64,000 nucleotides of DNA, taken from the NCBI GenBank assembly GCA_051530055.1, contig CM121342.1, positions 5,827,489 through 5,891,488 on the forward strand, in the 5' to 3' direction. Source of the stretch: Neoechinorhynchus agilis (lineage: Eukaryota > Animalia > Acanthocephala). The stretch's first letter is position 1, and each line of letters starts with the position of its first letter. The notes below the pieces were generated by a model. That model was not told the origin of the DNA, made no database searches, and saw nothing but the letters and a program-made list of their open reading frames with translations. Positions 35,952 to 48,542 of this stretch are shown here, in pieces. A program made the position numbers and the translations under genes.

Positions 35952-38900
35952 ATGAAATCAAAAGACAAACAGAATCCTAAAGCGTTTGGTGTTCAAAGCA
36001 TAGTATCCGGTGAGCGTTCATTTAGAAAACGAGCTGATATAGCTCAGAAACGAGCGCATTTGCCGAAAGTAGATCGTCAATGTGACGACCAAGACCCTGC
36101 TCCGGTTCTAGTTGCTGTTGCAGGACCTCCACGAGTCGGAAAATCAACTTTGATTCGATGTCTTTTGAAACAATACACTAATCAATCAGCGATTGGAACA
36201 ATTTGTGGCCCTGTGACAGTAATTGCCAACAAACACCGACGTCTAACCTTCCTTGAATGTCCAAACGACATATTCTCAATGATCGATGTTGTCAAATGTG
36301 CCGATCTGATTCTGCTGATGATCGATGCTAGTTTTGGCTTTCAAATGGAGATTTTTGAACTTCTCTCCATTTGCCAAGCTCATGGTTTCCCACGCATTAT
36401 GGGCGTACTCAATCACCTCGATGCAATTGAGAACATTGAGAAAAGACGTAAGACCAGGAAACAGCTTAAACAACGATTCTGGACCGAAGTTTACAAAGGA
36501 GCTAAAATGTTCTATCTTACACGCATTATCGATAACTCAATGTATGTAAAACAAGAAGTCCATAATTTATGTAGGTTCATTTCAGTAATGAAATTTAATG
36601 ATCCACCAACGTGGAGATCTAATCATCCTTATGTTTTGGTCGATCGCATTGAAAAAGTCGCTCGAAAAAATTCAGAAGATGGCCTTTGTTCACTTCAATT
36701 TTATGGGTATTTGCGAGGAACTGTCAATATGAGACAAAAATGTAGAGTTCACTTGGCTGGTTGCGGCGATTTTGACGTTTGCAATATCCAAAAGTGCTCT
36801 GATCCATGTCGCCTTCCAGACAAAGATGAGGGGAAAAAAAGACGAAGGTCGCTGAAACATATTGAACGAGGTATTTATGGACATTTTTGTGGACTTGGTG
36901 GGATTCTGTATGACGAGAACACTGTCGTTATCGATCTTGCCGGATCACATGCTCAAAATACAAACGAAAAAAATGCACTTACAGTGAATCGAGAAGATTT
37001 CTGGTCTTTTTTATCAGTGAAAGATTTTTTTGTAGAAACGTTAACTTTTTTTATGGAAAAGTTCCGAGCTACCTTACGTCTTATTTTAGAAAATTGCTCA
37101 TTCCGTTGATAAAAAATTAAATAGCCCGCTTCCAACGTTGGATTCGTGCCTTATCAGTGAAAGATTCTCTTTTTTACAGGAGTTTTAATTTTTTTATAGA
37201 AAATTCCGAGCTACCTTACGTCTTATTTTAGAAAATTGCTCATTCCGTCGATAAAAAATTAAATAGCCCGCTTCCAACGTTGGATTCGTGCCTTATCAGT
37301 GAAAGATTCTCTTTTTTTACAGGAGTTTTAATTTTTTTATAGAAAAATTCCGAGCTACCTTACGTCTTATTTTAGAAAATTGCTCATTCCGTCGATAAAA
37401 AATTAAATAGCCACCTTTTAACGTTGGATTCGTGCCTTATCAGTGAAAGATTCTTTTTTTACAGGAGTTTTAATTTTTTTATAGAAAAATTCCGAGCTAC
37501 CTTACGTCTTATTTTAGAAAATTGCTCATTCCGTCGATAAAAAATTAAATAGCCACCTTTTAACGTTGGATTCATGCCTTATCAGTGAAAGATTCTCTTT
37601 TTTTACAGGAGTTTTAATTTTTTTATAGAAAAATTCCGAGCTACCTTACGTCTTATTTTAGAAAATTGCTCATTCCGTCGATAAAAAATTAAATAGCCAC
37701 CTTTTAACGTTGGATTCGTGCCTTATCAGTGGAAGATTCTTTTTTACAGGAGTTTTAATTTTTTTATGGAAAAGTTCCGAGCTACCTTACGTCTTATTTT
37801 AGAAAATTGCTCATTCCGTTGATAAAAAAATTAAATAGTCCGCTTCCAACGTTGGATTCGTTCCTTATTTGTGAAATGGCTCTGACGGCATAAATTGTCT
37901 CAATTACACGACGATCGACACAGAATTTACGATATGATCTTTTGTTAGAAGTGTTATTTTTCGTGACCCTTTGAATATCTTTTTTTAATCTGATGTAAAA
38001 GGTACCTCGGAGGTATTATAGTGTTGCTGAGGGGATTCCTACTCTCCGGACAATAAAGATATTGATTTATTGCGATATTTCGCCGTGTAAATCCAGCATT
38101 CTCAAGCATTAATCCAACTTCAAAAAGTTTTAAAGATGCTGGATTTGCCCAGCGAAATATCGGAATAAATCAATATCTTTATTGTCCGGAGAGTAGGAAT
38201 CACCTCAGCAACATATCTTTTTTTATTAAAGACGTTCTGCGAAGTAAACGTCTTTTAACAGAGTTCGTAGATGACTAAATGAAGACTTTTAAATAATAAT
38301 TATAAAACACGGTACCTCCTCTTAGATTAAGCGTTTTTGAGACTGGATTTGAGATATTGCGAAGGGCAAACCTTTTTTTAAGAGAGAATGTTCTAGATTA
38401 AACAGCCCAACTAATTTCTCACAGTTTTTCCTTTAGATCCAAAAGATGCTCACTGTGTAGAATGTCGATGTTAAAAATTTGTATTTCATAAAGTTTTTCA
38501 CTTGGTAAATAACGTGTTTTTTGTTTACTAAAAAGTTTCGTTCCTTGCAAACGTCAACGAGCTAATGATGAACCCGACGAACATTTATTAAATTCGATTG
38601 TTTTCGACACGAACTTCCCTTGTAAAATTGTTTATTTTTTTTATTGATGTGAATTAGAGAAACCACTTAACTCTGATGAAACGTGTTAAGAGTTCGTACA
38701 TTCCTTCGGATTCTCAGAGCTTCCTTCAACGAGATATTTCGTTTCCTTTGGTTGTGCGTCATTCTCGATCGTGGATTCGAACCCTTTGACCCTTTCGATT
38801 TACTGCGATAAACCCCAATGAAATCATCGGGGGAGTTATACAAGAGCCGACGATCGAGGAGGCTAAAGTCGATTCGAAATCCAACATCCGCATTGTCGCA

Positions 38901-40775
38901 TCGGACGCCAGTGATTGCGAAGAGAATGAAGGCACGGATGAGGACTTTGAAGACGGCGATATGGTCGAGATAGTGAAGGGTAAGGATTATGATGGCGAAC
39001 TTCCATTCAGTGAAAGTGACGACGACGACGATTGCAGTGTTCAATTCAGGGGTAATTTATTCACTCAAAAACAACATCATACCGATTGGAAGTCGATTGT
39101 TTATAAAGAAACGGCATTTTCGAATGATACGTCCGATGAGTTGGCCGGACTTTTTCGTTTAAAACAAAAATCAAACATTGATATGGACGATTATCATCAC
39201 CGAACAATCGAATCATCAGGCGCTCAAAATATTCAAGAACTGACCAATCTGATTAAAAATTGTTTCGTAACTGGTCAATGGGATGAAAATACCGACGCAG
39301 AAGCTCTTCTAGATGCTCACGATAATGAGGAGGATACTCATCACCCGGCTGAAGCATTACGATCACATGGCCCTGATTTTGAGGGGGAGGAGGAAAGTTC
39401 ATTTTTAAAAGAATTGAATGATCAGGCGGCTAAACAGGAGAAGTTGAACAAAACAATTTTGGGCTCTATGAGTGAAAAAGAGCGACTAAACATTGAAGGA
39501 TATAGGCAGGGGATGTATTTAAGACTGGAAATCGACAAAGTGCCAATTGAGTTTATTAATAATTTCGTTCCATCTGTTCCTATTCTCATTGGTGGACTAA
39601 ATTCTTTAAATCATGGATCATCGAGTGATCCTTTTTGTTGAAGATGTTTTATTAGAAACAAAAGGAGTCGCTTAATGATCCATGTCATAGAAAGTGGATT
39701 TGGCATCGTTCATGTTCGTCTACGAAAACATCGTTGGCATAAAAAGATTTTAAAGTGTCGTGATCCAGTGATAATATCAATGGGATGGCGGAAATTCCAA
39801 GTAACGCCAGTTCTGTTCGGTCAGGACCATAATATGAGAAATCGATTTCTTAAATATACACCGGAGCATTCTTATTGCCATGCAGCGTTCTATGGACCAA
39901 CTTATCCGAGAAATACCGGATGCCTTTTCATGGTAGATACATCGCCTACTTCTCAGAACTTTCGAATAGCCGGACTCGGAGTAACACTCGAATCGAACAA
40001 ATCATTAAAGATTGTAAAAAAGTTGAAGCTTACCGGCGAACCGTACCAAGTGTTCCGGAAAACATGTTTTGTTAAAGGAATGTTCCACAGTGCACTCGAG
40101 GTTGCAAAATTCGAAGGAGCTGCCATTAAGACGGTAAGTGGGATTCGTGGACAGCTAAAAAAAGCTTTAAATACTCCCAATGGCGCATTCAGAGCTACAT
40201 TCGAAGATAAATTGAAACTCAGTGATATTGTTTTTCTGAGAGCTTGGGTACCTGTTCAGATACCTAAATTCTATAAAGTAGTAAATAATCTGTTGCTACC
40301 TATCAATGAGAAACATCTATGGACAATGATGCGGACGGTCGGACAAATCAAACGAGATTTGGGAATAAAGTTTGAGCCTAAGGTAGATAGCCTATACAGA
40401 GAAATAAACGAGAGACCCCAAGTACGGTTCTTCGCTCCTTTGCATATCCCTGCTGAACTTCAGAAGGAACTTCCTTTTAAAATTAAACAACGTGTTGTTC
40501 CTAAGATCGAAAATCCTATTGAGAATTTGAGACCACCTATAGTAAAGGATCTAAAAGAAAAGGAAATATCCGAATATGTTAAAAAACTAAAAATCCTTTA
40601 TAAAAAAAGGTGTATATATCGAGAGCAAAAGAAGAAGGCTCATAATAGACAAAGGAATGCTGAAAAGAAAAAGATGGAGGAAAAAGCCATTAGAAATAAA
40701 CCGAAGAAATGGTACAGTAACGAACCAAACAGAAAAACTAAAGCTATGAAACGTACTAATAAAAGAAAGACTTGA
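35952..40775 (+). CDS. BMS1: Ribosome biogenesis GTPase BMS1
   Basis: [66 protein letters not shown] and [10 protein letters not shown] motifs. The only interruptions are two TA-bounded segments; 974 codons with junctions 36982-38802 and 39609-39689. Confidence 0.95.
37005..37875. repeat. About 143-bp tandem array, about 6 copies, inside BMS1 intervening sequence 1
   Basis: CCGAGCTACC at 37064, 37206, 37350, 37492, 37636 and 37777. Confidence 0.95.
38022..38213. mobile_element. Foldback MITE nested in BMS1 intervening sequence 1
   Basis: TGTTGCTGAGGGGATTCCTACTCTCCGGACAATAAAGATATTGATTTATT / AATAAATCAATATCTTTATTGTCCGGAGAGTAGGAATCACCTCAGCAACA; TA at 38019-20 and 38214-15. Confidence 0.85.
39607..39689 (+). 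other. TA-flanked hairpin intervening sequence (81 nt removed)
   Basis: Perfect arms CATGGATCAT (39612-21) / ATGATCCATG (39675-84) plus inner stems; contains an in-frame TGA; the join gives GGLNSLESGFGIV. Confidence 0.82.
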
Positions 40776-41182
40776 AATTTTATTATCTAATTTGAAAAGT
40801 TGGATATCCATTTTTTAATCTTAGGAAAATTTGTCGAGAACCGCGAACCTCTATTTATTTCAATTAACTCTAACTGGTCATCTTCGTTTGTTGCAAATAA
40901 AAAGAATAACGGAAAAATTAAAATCACATGGAAAACCATATGAATTTTCAGAAATCAAAGCCGCCTACCGATTATAGACATTTAACTCAAGCTACAAAGC
41001 AATCTTGAATGCTGATTGGACAATCCGATAGAAGTCGCCGATAGCAATTAACTTGGCGAATCAGAATGCAAGATTTTGTGACACGTGGCAAAAACTAGTT
41101 GACTTAGTGAACGCGTTCACTTCTATTTGATTTAACTTTTACTCCTGTTGATTCTACTTGTCTTCTCCTTCAAAAAATTGAA

Positions 41183-42463
41183 ATGTGCGATAAAAGTCTT
41201 ATTTTGAAGGAACAAAAGTGCGGACACGGCCCTCCATTTGTATATACGATCAAAAAGATGCCCATCGAAGAGATAAGAGCCAAAATGAATGCTCTTCTTT
41301 ATTTCAAGATCGGTGACGATGAAGAGCCGATAATTGGGCCAGAAATGGAGTCCAGGAGGAGTTATCCCCTTCTGCCAGATAATATAAAAAAGGCTTCGGA
41401 GGAACAGTACATAATTAAATCGATAAGATTTCATCAAAAGAAGATCGGTGACGTTGAGGAGAAGATCAATGCTCAAGAAAATGAGCAAAGTGAGCATCGT
41501 TCTGTTTTGCCCAGAACTCTCGGTATTGTGCCTGAAAAAGAGGCAGAAATTAAGAAGGGCACTGAATTGGATAATGTGATCGATGAACTTAAGGAGCCGA
41601 TCATTGTGCAAGAAAGCGGGCCAATCGAGCATCCTCCTGCATTAAAAGGTGCTCTCGAGAATGAAATTAAAGAAGAGGCAGAAATGAAGATGGGCCCTCA
41701 ATCGAATTATAAAATCGATAACGTTGACGAGCCAATCATTGATCGAGAAAAGAAATCAAGCGGACGTCGTACTGCCTCCGAAAAGAATCGCAGGAAAGCA
41801 GCCAAGAAAAAGGCAAAAATGGAGCGAAAGGCACTTTTAAATTGTAAGATCGATGGCGTTAAGGACCCGATCATTGCTCCAGAAACCGAGAAAAGTGGGC
41901 ATCCTTCTGCTTTGGCAAGAACTCTCGAGAATGAATCTATAAAAGAAGCCGAAATGAAGGCAGACTTTCTATCGATTTATGAGATCGATGACGAAAAGGA
42001 GCCGATCATTGTGCAAGAAAGTGGGCCAATCGAGCATCGTCCTCCACTCGAAAATTGTCTCGAGAATGAAATTAAAGAAGAGGCAGAAATGAAGTTAATC
42101 GATAAAGTTGAAGAGCCGATCATTGATCAAGAAAAGAAATTAAGCGGACGTACTACTGCCTTCGAAAAAAATCGCAGGAAAGCAGCCAAGAAAAGGGCCA
42201 AAATGGAGCGAAACGCTCTATTAAATATAAAAATCAATGAAGTGAAGGAGCCCAATAATGTGCAAGAAAAGAAGCCAAGCGGACGTCGTCCCGCTTTGGC
42301 ATGCACTCGAAAGCAAGCAGCCAAGAAAAAGGCAAAAATGGAGCAAAAGGCTCTCTTAAATTGTAAGATCGATGCCGTTAAGGATCTGATCATTGCTCCG
42401 GAAACCGAGAAAGGCGAGCATTGTCCTGCGTTGGAAAGTACTCTCGAGAGTGAATACAAATAA
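41183..42463 (+). CDS. Orphan Glu/Lys-rich protein with about 40-aa internal repeats
   Basis: Intronless 426-aa ORF with recurring ID-x-V-x-EPII...H...L...LENE...EAEMK and RRKAAKK-x-AKME. Confidence 0.6.
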   Translation: MCDKSLILKEQKCGHGPPFVYTIKKMPIEEIRAKMNALLYFKIGDDEEPIIGPEMESRRSYPLLPDNIKKASEEQYIIKSIRFHQKKIGDVEEKINAQENEQSEHRSVLPRTLGIVPEKEAEIKKGTELDNVIDELKEPIIVQESGPIEHPPALKGALENEIKEEAEMKMGPQSNYKIDNVDEPIIDREKKSSGRRTASEKNRRKAAKKKAKMERKALLNCKIDGVKDPIIAPETEKSGHPSALARTLENESIKEAEMKADFLSIYEIDDEKEPIIVQESGPIEHRPPLENCLENEIKEEAEMKLIDKVEEPIIDQEKKLSGRTTAFEKNRRKAAKKRAKMERNALLNIKINEVKEPNNVQEKKPSGRRPALACTRKQAAKKKAKMEQKALLNCKIDAVKDLIIAPETEKGEHCPALESTLESEYK

Positions 42464-44079
42464 TTGGCCGAAATGAAGGCAGACTATCGATTTATGAGAT
42501 CGATGACGTTAAGGAGCCGATCAAGATGCCCGAAATGGGCCAAGCAGAGATTGTCTTGTGTTAGACAAAAATGTCGAAACCATTTTATCAATCGAAGAAC
42601 CTTTCTTTGTGAAAGAGATGCAAATAATCCAAAAGAAGAAGCGTTCTCGTCGTTGACGAGAAATGGAAATTCAATGTGTTTAGTCGTAAAGAAAAGTTCG
42701 ACTGGTGTTCTATGGATAACTGTTCGCTTATTTGTAAATCAATAAAAAAATCATCGCTTCCTCTTTTCTCTTTAAAGGCACGGGAATCATAAAACAAAAT
42801 ATTTTTCACTCGTAAACGAATAAAATAAATTTTTTTTCATGATTCTATATTTTATTAATAGTTCGGATTCTTAATAGCGGCCATTGGCAGCTTTTTTTAA
42901 TTTCGATTTGTTAAGATCATAATTTCTTCAATGACGGAGATTTGGGAAAATTGGGTTATTGCCGATGCCGTCACTTGTAAATATCACCGCTTAGAACGTT
43001 GGGATTTTATAACTTTCACCAAAACTCCATTCGACAATTATTTTAAGAACTGATGGAGCAGATTATTTGAGATTTAAAACAAAATAATTCTTAAAGTTAA
43101 ATGTCTCGTAAATAAGTGCCTTTTACACGATATTTTTTTCTACCGCCGAAATTTAAAGCACAAAACTTTAAAATTGTATTTTTTGCTGTATTTTATAGAT
43201 TTTTCAATTATTTAAAAAAAATTCAGTTATGAAATCGCATTCAAGCGTCAGTTTTCGTTTAACGATTGGAAACGAAAAATTTTACCTGCAATAATTAAAA
43301 TTTTAATTGTTGCGCTAAGATGAAATGTCACTTGCAGAGATCTCATCAAAAATGTTGCGTAACGTAAATTTATACGTGTTCAAAATTCAAAACTTTAATT
43401 GAAATTTTTTATTTTGATAATGACATAAATTTTACAAATTGTTTGGTCGTCAATAGCTTCAAAATTGCAGAAATATTTTTTTCTGATTTTCGAATATCTT
43501 TTATTTTCAAAATTGCGGGTGTCGATAGGTGTAATTCTAAAGCCTTTTATTATAAAGAACATTTAAGGAAAAAATCGTGAAAATTAATTTAAAAAATTAA
43601 AGTATTAATGGTAATTTTACGTGGCTGTTACGGGTTTTTAATTTGGCAGCGACTTAAAATTATCTTTTGTCAGGTTCAAATTTTTTCTTTATTCCAAAAA
43701 ATACAGTTATAAAAAACAAAAAGGAAATTTGTCGAGAACCGCGAACCTCTATTTATTTCAATTAACTCTAACTGGTCATCTTCGTTTGTTGCAAATAAAA
43801 AAATAATGGAAAAATTAAAATCACATGGAAAACCATATGAATTTTCAGAAATCAAAGCCGCCTACCGATTATAGACATTTAACTCAAGCTACAAAGCAAT
43901 CTTGAATGCTGATTGGACAATCCGATAGAAGTCGCCGATAGCAATTAACTTGGCGAATCAGAATGCAAGATTTTGTGACACGTGACAAAAACTAGTTGAC
44001 TTAGTGAACGCGTTCACTTCTATTTGATTTAACTTTTACTCCTGTTGATTCTACTTGTCTTCTCCTTCAAAAAATTGAA

Positions 44080-45358
44080 ATGTGCGATAAAAGTCTTATT
44101 TTTAAGGAACAAAAGTGCGGACACGGCCCTCCGTTTGTATATACGATCAAAAAGATGCCCATCGAAGAGATAAGAGCCAAAATGAATGCTCTTCTTTATT
44201 TCAAGATCGGTGACGATGAAGAGCCGATAATTGGGCCAGAAATGGAGTCCAGGAGGAGTTATCCCCTTCTGCCAGATAATATAAAAAAGGCTTCGGAGGA
44301 ACAGTACATAATTAAATCGATAAGATTTCATCAAAAGAAGATCGGTGACGTTGAGAAGAAGATCAATGCTCAAGAAAATGAGCAAAGTGAGCATCGTTCT
44401 GTTTTGCCCAGAACTCTCGGTATTGTGCCTGAAAAAGAGGCAGAAATTAAGAAGGGCACTGAATTGGATAATGTGATCGATGAACTTAAGGAGCCGATCA
44501 TTGTGCAAGAAAGCGGGCCAATCGAGCATCCTCCTGCATTAAAAGATGCTCTCGAGAATGAAATTAAAGAAGAGGCAGAAATGAAGATGGGCCCTCAATC
44601 GAATTATAAAATCGATAACGTTGACGAGCCAATCATTGATCGAGAAAAGAAATCAAGCGGACGTCGTACTGCCTCCGAAAAGAATCGCAGGAAAGCAGCC
44701 AAGAAAAAGGCAAAAATGGAGCGAAAGGCACTTTTAAATTGTAAGATCGATGGCGTTAAGGACCCGATCATTGCTCCAGAAACCGAGAAAAGTGGGCATC
44801 CTTCTGCTTTGGCAAGAACTCGAGAATGAATCTATAAAAGAAGCCGAAATGAAGGCAGACTTTCTATCGATTTATGAGATCGATGACGAAAAGGAGCCGA
44901 TCATTGTGCAAGAAAGTGGGCCAATCGAGCATCGTCCTCCACTCGAAAATTGTCTCGAGAATGAAATTAAAGAAGAGGCAGAAATGAAGTTAATCGATAA
45001 AGTTGAAGAGCCGATCATTGATCAAGAAAAGAAATTAAGCGGACGTACTACTGCCTTCGAAAAAAATCGCAGGAAAGCAGCCAAGAAAAGGGCCAAAATG
45101 GAGCGAAACGCTCTATTAAATATAAAAATCAATGAAGTGAAGGAGCCCAATAATGTGCAAGAAAAGAAGCCAAGCGGACGTCGTCCCGCTTTGGCATGCA
45201 CTCGAAAGCAAGCAGCCAAGAAAAAGGCAAAAATGGAGCAAAAGGCTCTCTTAAATTGTAAGATCGATGCCGTTAAGGATCTGATCATTGCTCCGGAAAC
45301 CGAGAAAGGCGAGCATTGTCCTGCGTTGGAAAGTACTCTCGAGAGTGAATACAAATAA
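44080..45358 (+). pseudogene. Frameshifted second copy of the orphan repeat protein
   Basis: 2-nt loss at about 44820 (AGAACTCTCGAG to AGAACTCGAG); could be an assembly error. Confidence 0.6.
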
Positions 45359-46426
45359 TTGGCCGAAATGAAGGCAGACTATCGATTTATGAGATCGATG
45401 ACGTTAAGGAGCCGATCAAGATGCCCGAAATGGGCCAAGCAGAGATTGTCTTGTGTTAGACAAAAATGTCGAAACCATTTTATCAATCGAAGAACCTTTC
45501 TTTGTGAAAGAGATGCAAATAATCCAAAAGAAGAAGCGTTCTCGTCGTTGACGAGAAATGGAAATTCAATGTGTTTAGTCGTAAAGAAAAGTTCGACTGG
45601 TGTTCTATGGATAACTGTTCGCTTATTTGTAAATCAATAAAAAAATCATCGCTTCCTCTTTTCTCTTTAAGGGCACGGGAATCATAAAACAAAATATTTT
45701 TCACTCGTAAACGAATAAAATAAATTTTTTTTCATGATTCTATATTTTATTAATAGTTCGGATTCTTAATAGCGGCCATTGGCAGCTTTTTTTAATTTCG
45801 ATTTGTTAAGATCATAATTTCTTCAATGACGGAGATTTGAGAAAATTGGGTTATTGTCGATGCCGTCACTTGTAAATATCACCGCTTAGAACGTATTAAT
45901 TTCATGACCGGATAATAATTTGATTACAAATAGAGATTTCAAGTAACAAATCCTGCTTTTTTGGTGCAAAGATTATCCGAAAAAGATATGATAATGTTCT
46001 CTTCTATTGAAAATGTATCAAGCTTACCCGTTTTAATCGCACTTTTTCTGTGATTTCTCTTCTTTTTTCCTTAAATGTTTTTTTTCGAAAAACTCTACTA
46101 AAGATCTTCTATGATTTCTAAATCAACTTTTGCAGTTTGGAAGGTGGATTTAAAATGTTGAGTTTTACGTCTATTTTCTAGGGCGTTTAATGTCTGTTTT
46201 CCCAATTTACCATTGGGTAATTCATTTCCAGATTATAATGTATTTCTTAAAGGTTTCCCGTTTGACTTACTTGAATCTCCTTATTTTAATGCCAAGAAAC
46301 GCGACTTATCTCGTTTACAAATATTAGCGTTTTTTTGTGGTAATGTTCATATTACGCATTGAAGCGATTTTAACGGTTTTCAAATGTGTAAATTCGATGC
46401 GATTTAAAAATCGGGTACACGACGGG

Positions 46427-48211
46427 GGGGGCAGTGGCCGTGTGGTGTGCGCGTTCATAATGCGCTTGATATGTCGCGGGTTCAACACCACCGGTCGCTG
46501 GGTTCCACGGGGGTTGCAAGGCAGCTGAAAGGGTTGGGATTAAGTTTGAGATCACCCATCCGCCCCAAAGGGGGTTGGCCCTGCCTCTTTGAGTGCGGCT
46601 TAGCGCCGTTAGCCAAGTCTCCCAAAAATAACGATAAAAGATCCCAAAGACATGCCGTAAGGTCATGAGTTTATGCGATTTAAGATAAATCAGGAATAAA
46701 GGAAGCAAATTCACTAGCGCGTTCAAAATGCGCTCGATCGCTAGTTCAAATCCACTGGTCGCTGGGTTCCAGGAGGGAGTTGCGAGGCTGCTAGAAGGGT
46801 AGGGATCAGGTTTGAGATCGTCCATAGGCCCCGGCCCTTCGAGTGCGGCTGAGCGCCTCCGAAGTGTGTTAGTTAGCCAAGTCTCCCAAAAAGAACGATA
46901 AAAGATCCCAAAGACATGCCGTAAGGCCATGAGTTTATGCGATTTAAGATAAATCAGGAATAAAGAGCAAACAAGCGCGTTCAAAGTGCGCTCGATCGCT
47001 AGTTCAAATCCACTGGTCGCTGGGTTCCACGAGGGTTGGCTGCTAGAAGGGTAGGGATCAGGTTTGAGATCGTCCATAGGCCCCGGCCCTTCGAGTGCGG
47101 CTGAGCGCTCCGAAGTGTGTTAGTTAGCCAAGTCTCCCAAAAAGAACGAAAAAGATCCCAAAGACATGCCGTAAGGCATGAGTTTATGCGATTTAAGATA
47201 AATCAGGAATAAAGGAAGCAAACAAGCGCGTTCAAAGTGCGCTCGATCGCTAGTTCAAATCCACTGGTCGCTGGGTTCCACGGGGGTTGCGAGGCTGCTA
47301 GAAGGGTAGGGATCAGGTTTGAATCGTCCATAGGCCCCGGCCCTTGAGTGCGGCTGAGCGCCTGTTAGCCAAGTCTCCCAAAAAGAACGAAAAAGATCCC
47401 AAAGACATGCCGTAAGGCATGAGTTTATGCGATTTAAGATAAATCAGGAATAAAGGAAGCAAATTCACTAGCGCGTTCAAAGTGCGCTCGATCGCTAGTT
47501 CAAATCCACTGGTCGCTGGGTTCCACGAGGGAGTTGCGAGGCTGCTAGAAGGGTAGGGATCAGGTTTGAAATCGTCCATAGGCCCCGGCCCTTCGAGTGC
47601 GGCTGAGCGCCTCCGAAGTGTGTTAGTTAGCCAAGTCTCCCAAAAAGAACGATAAAAGATCCCAAAGACATGCCGTAAGGTCATGAGTTTATGCGATTTA
47701 AGATAAATCAGGAATAAAGGAAGCAAATTCACTAGCGCGTTCAAAGTGCGCTCGATCGCTGTTAAATCCACTGGTCGCTGGGTTCCAGAGGCTGCTGAAG
47801 GGAGGGATCAGGTTTGAATCGTCCATAGGCCCCGGCCCTTCGAGTGCGGCTGAGCGCCTCCGAAGTGTGTTAGTTAGCCAAGTCTCCCAAAAAGAACGAT
47901 AAAAGATCCCAAAGACATGCCGTAAGGTCATGAGTTTATGCGATTTAAGATAAATCAGGAATAAAGGAAGCAAAGGCATAAGCGCGTTCAAAGTGCGCTC
48001 GATCGCTAGTTCAAATCCACTGGTCGCTGGGTTCCACGAGGCTGCTGGAAGGGTAGGGGTCAGGTTTTGAGATCGCCCATCGGCCCCAAAGGGGGTTGGC
48101 CCTGTTCCTTCGAGTGCGGCTGAGCGCTTCCGTTGTGTGCAAGTCACCCGAAAGGCTCAAAAAGGAATATAACCGGAGCTGATGTGGCCTTTGATAATAA
48201 ATAAATAAATA
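46427..48211 (+). mobile_element. tRNA-derived SINE with internally tandem-amplified body
   Basis: A-box TGGCCGTGTGG (46435-45), stem-loop GCGCG-TTCATAA-TGCGC, B-box-like GGTTCAACACC (46479-89), (TAAA)n tail, and a 10-bp TSD ACACGACGGG at 46417-26 and 48212-21. Six internal units of about 250 bp. Confidence 0.8.
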
Positions 48212-48542
48212 ACACGACGGGCGCATTGTTTATGTGTACTAATCTCTAAAGAGCGCATTGTTTACCCAAACCGCGCAACTTGTTTTTTAAACGTTATGTT
48301 GTTTTCGTTAAATGGACTCTGTTTATCAACAAAATGCAAGATTGCGTAAATGAGCTTGCTGTCGCTTCAAAGTGGGTATAGAGACGAACTCTCTCATACT
48401 TTATGAGCATAAATCACACAGTTCCCACAATCAATATGATCTCCGTTAAAATTCTCAGTTTTCTCTTTGTATCAGGTTTGTCTTTATTGCCACGTAAAAG
48501 TCGTTCAATGGTTCAATTAAAGCATCAATCTTCAATGCTGTT

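Larger units (their letters stand above)
36980..38810 (+). other. Large TA-flanked intervening sequence with terminal stem (about 1.82 kb; exact 3' junction uncertain)
   Basis: TA-CAGTGAATCGAGA pairs with TTTCGATTTACTG (two G-T pairs). The TA at 38801-02 gives an in-frame join; the TA at 38809-10 would need a 1-nt error in CCCC. Confidence 0.6.
40825..45893. repeat. About 2.17-kb segmental duplication (40825-42998 and 43722-45893)
   Basis: Near-identical copies about 2.9 kb apart, separated by a unique AT-rich spacer. Confidence 0.97.

Noticed and set aside
46427-46500. Functional tRNA-Met gene
   Set aside because: The T stem and acceptor stem do not pair properly, and the element has a tail and TSD, so it is a SINE head.
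46370-48147. Minus-strand ORFs of 149-235 aa
   Set aside because: They are antisense to the SINE-derived array, and frames break between units.
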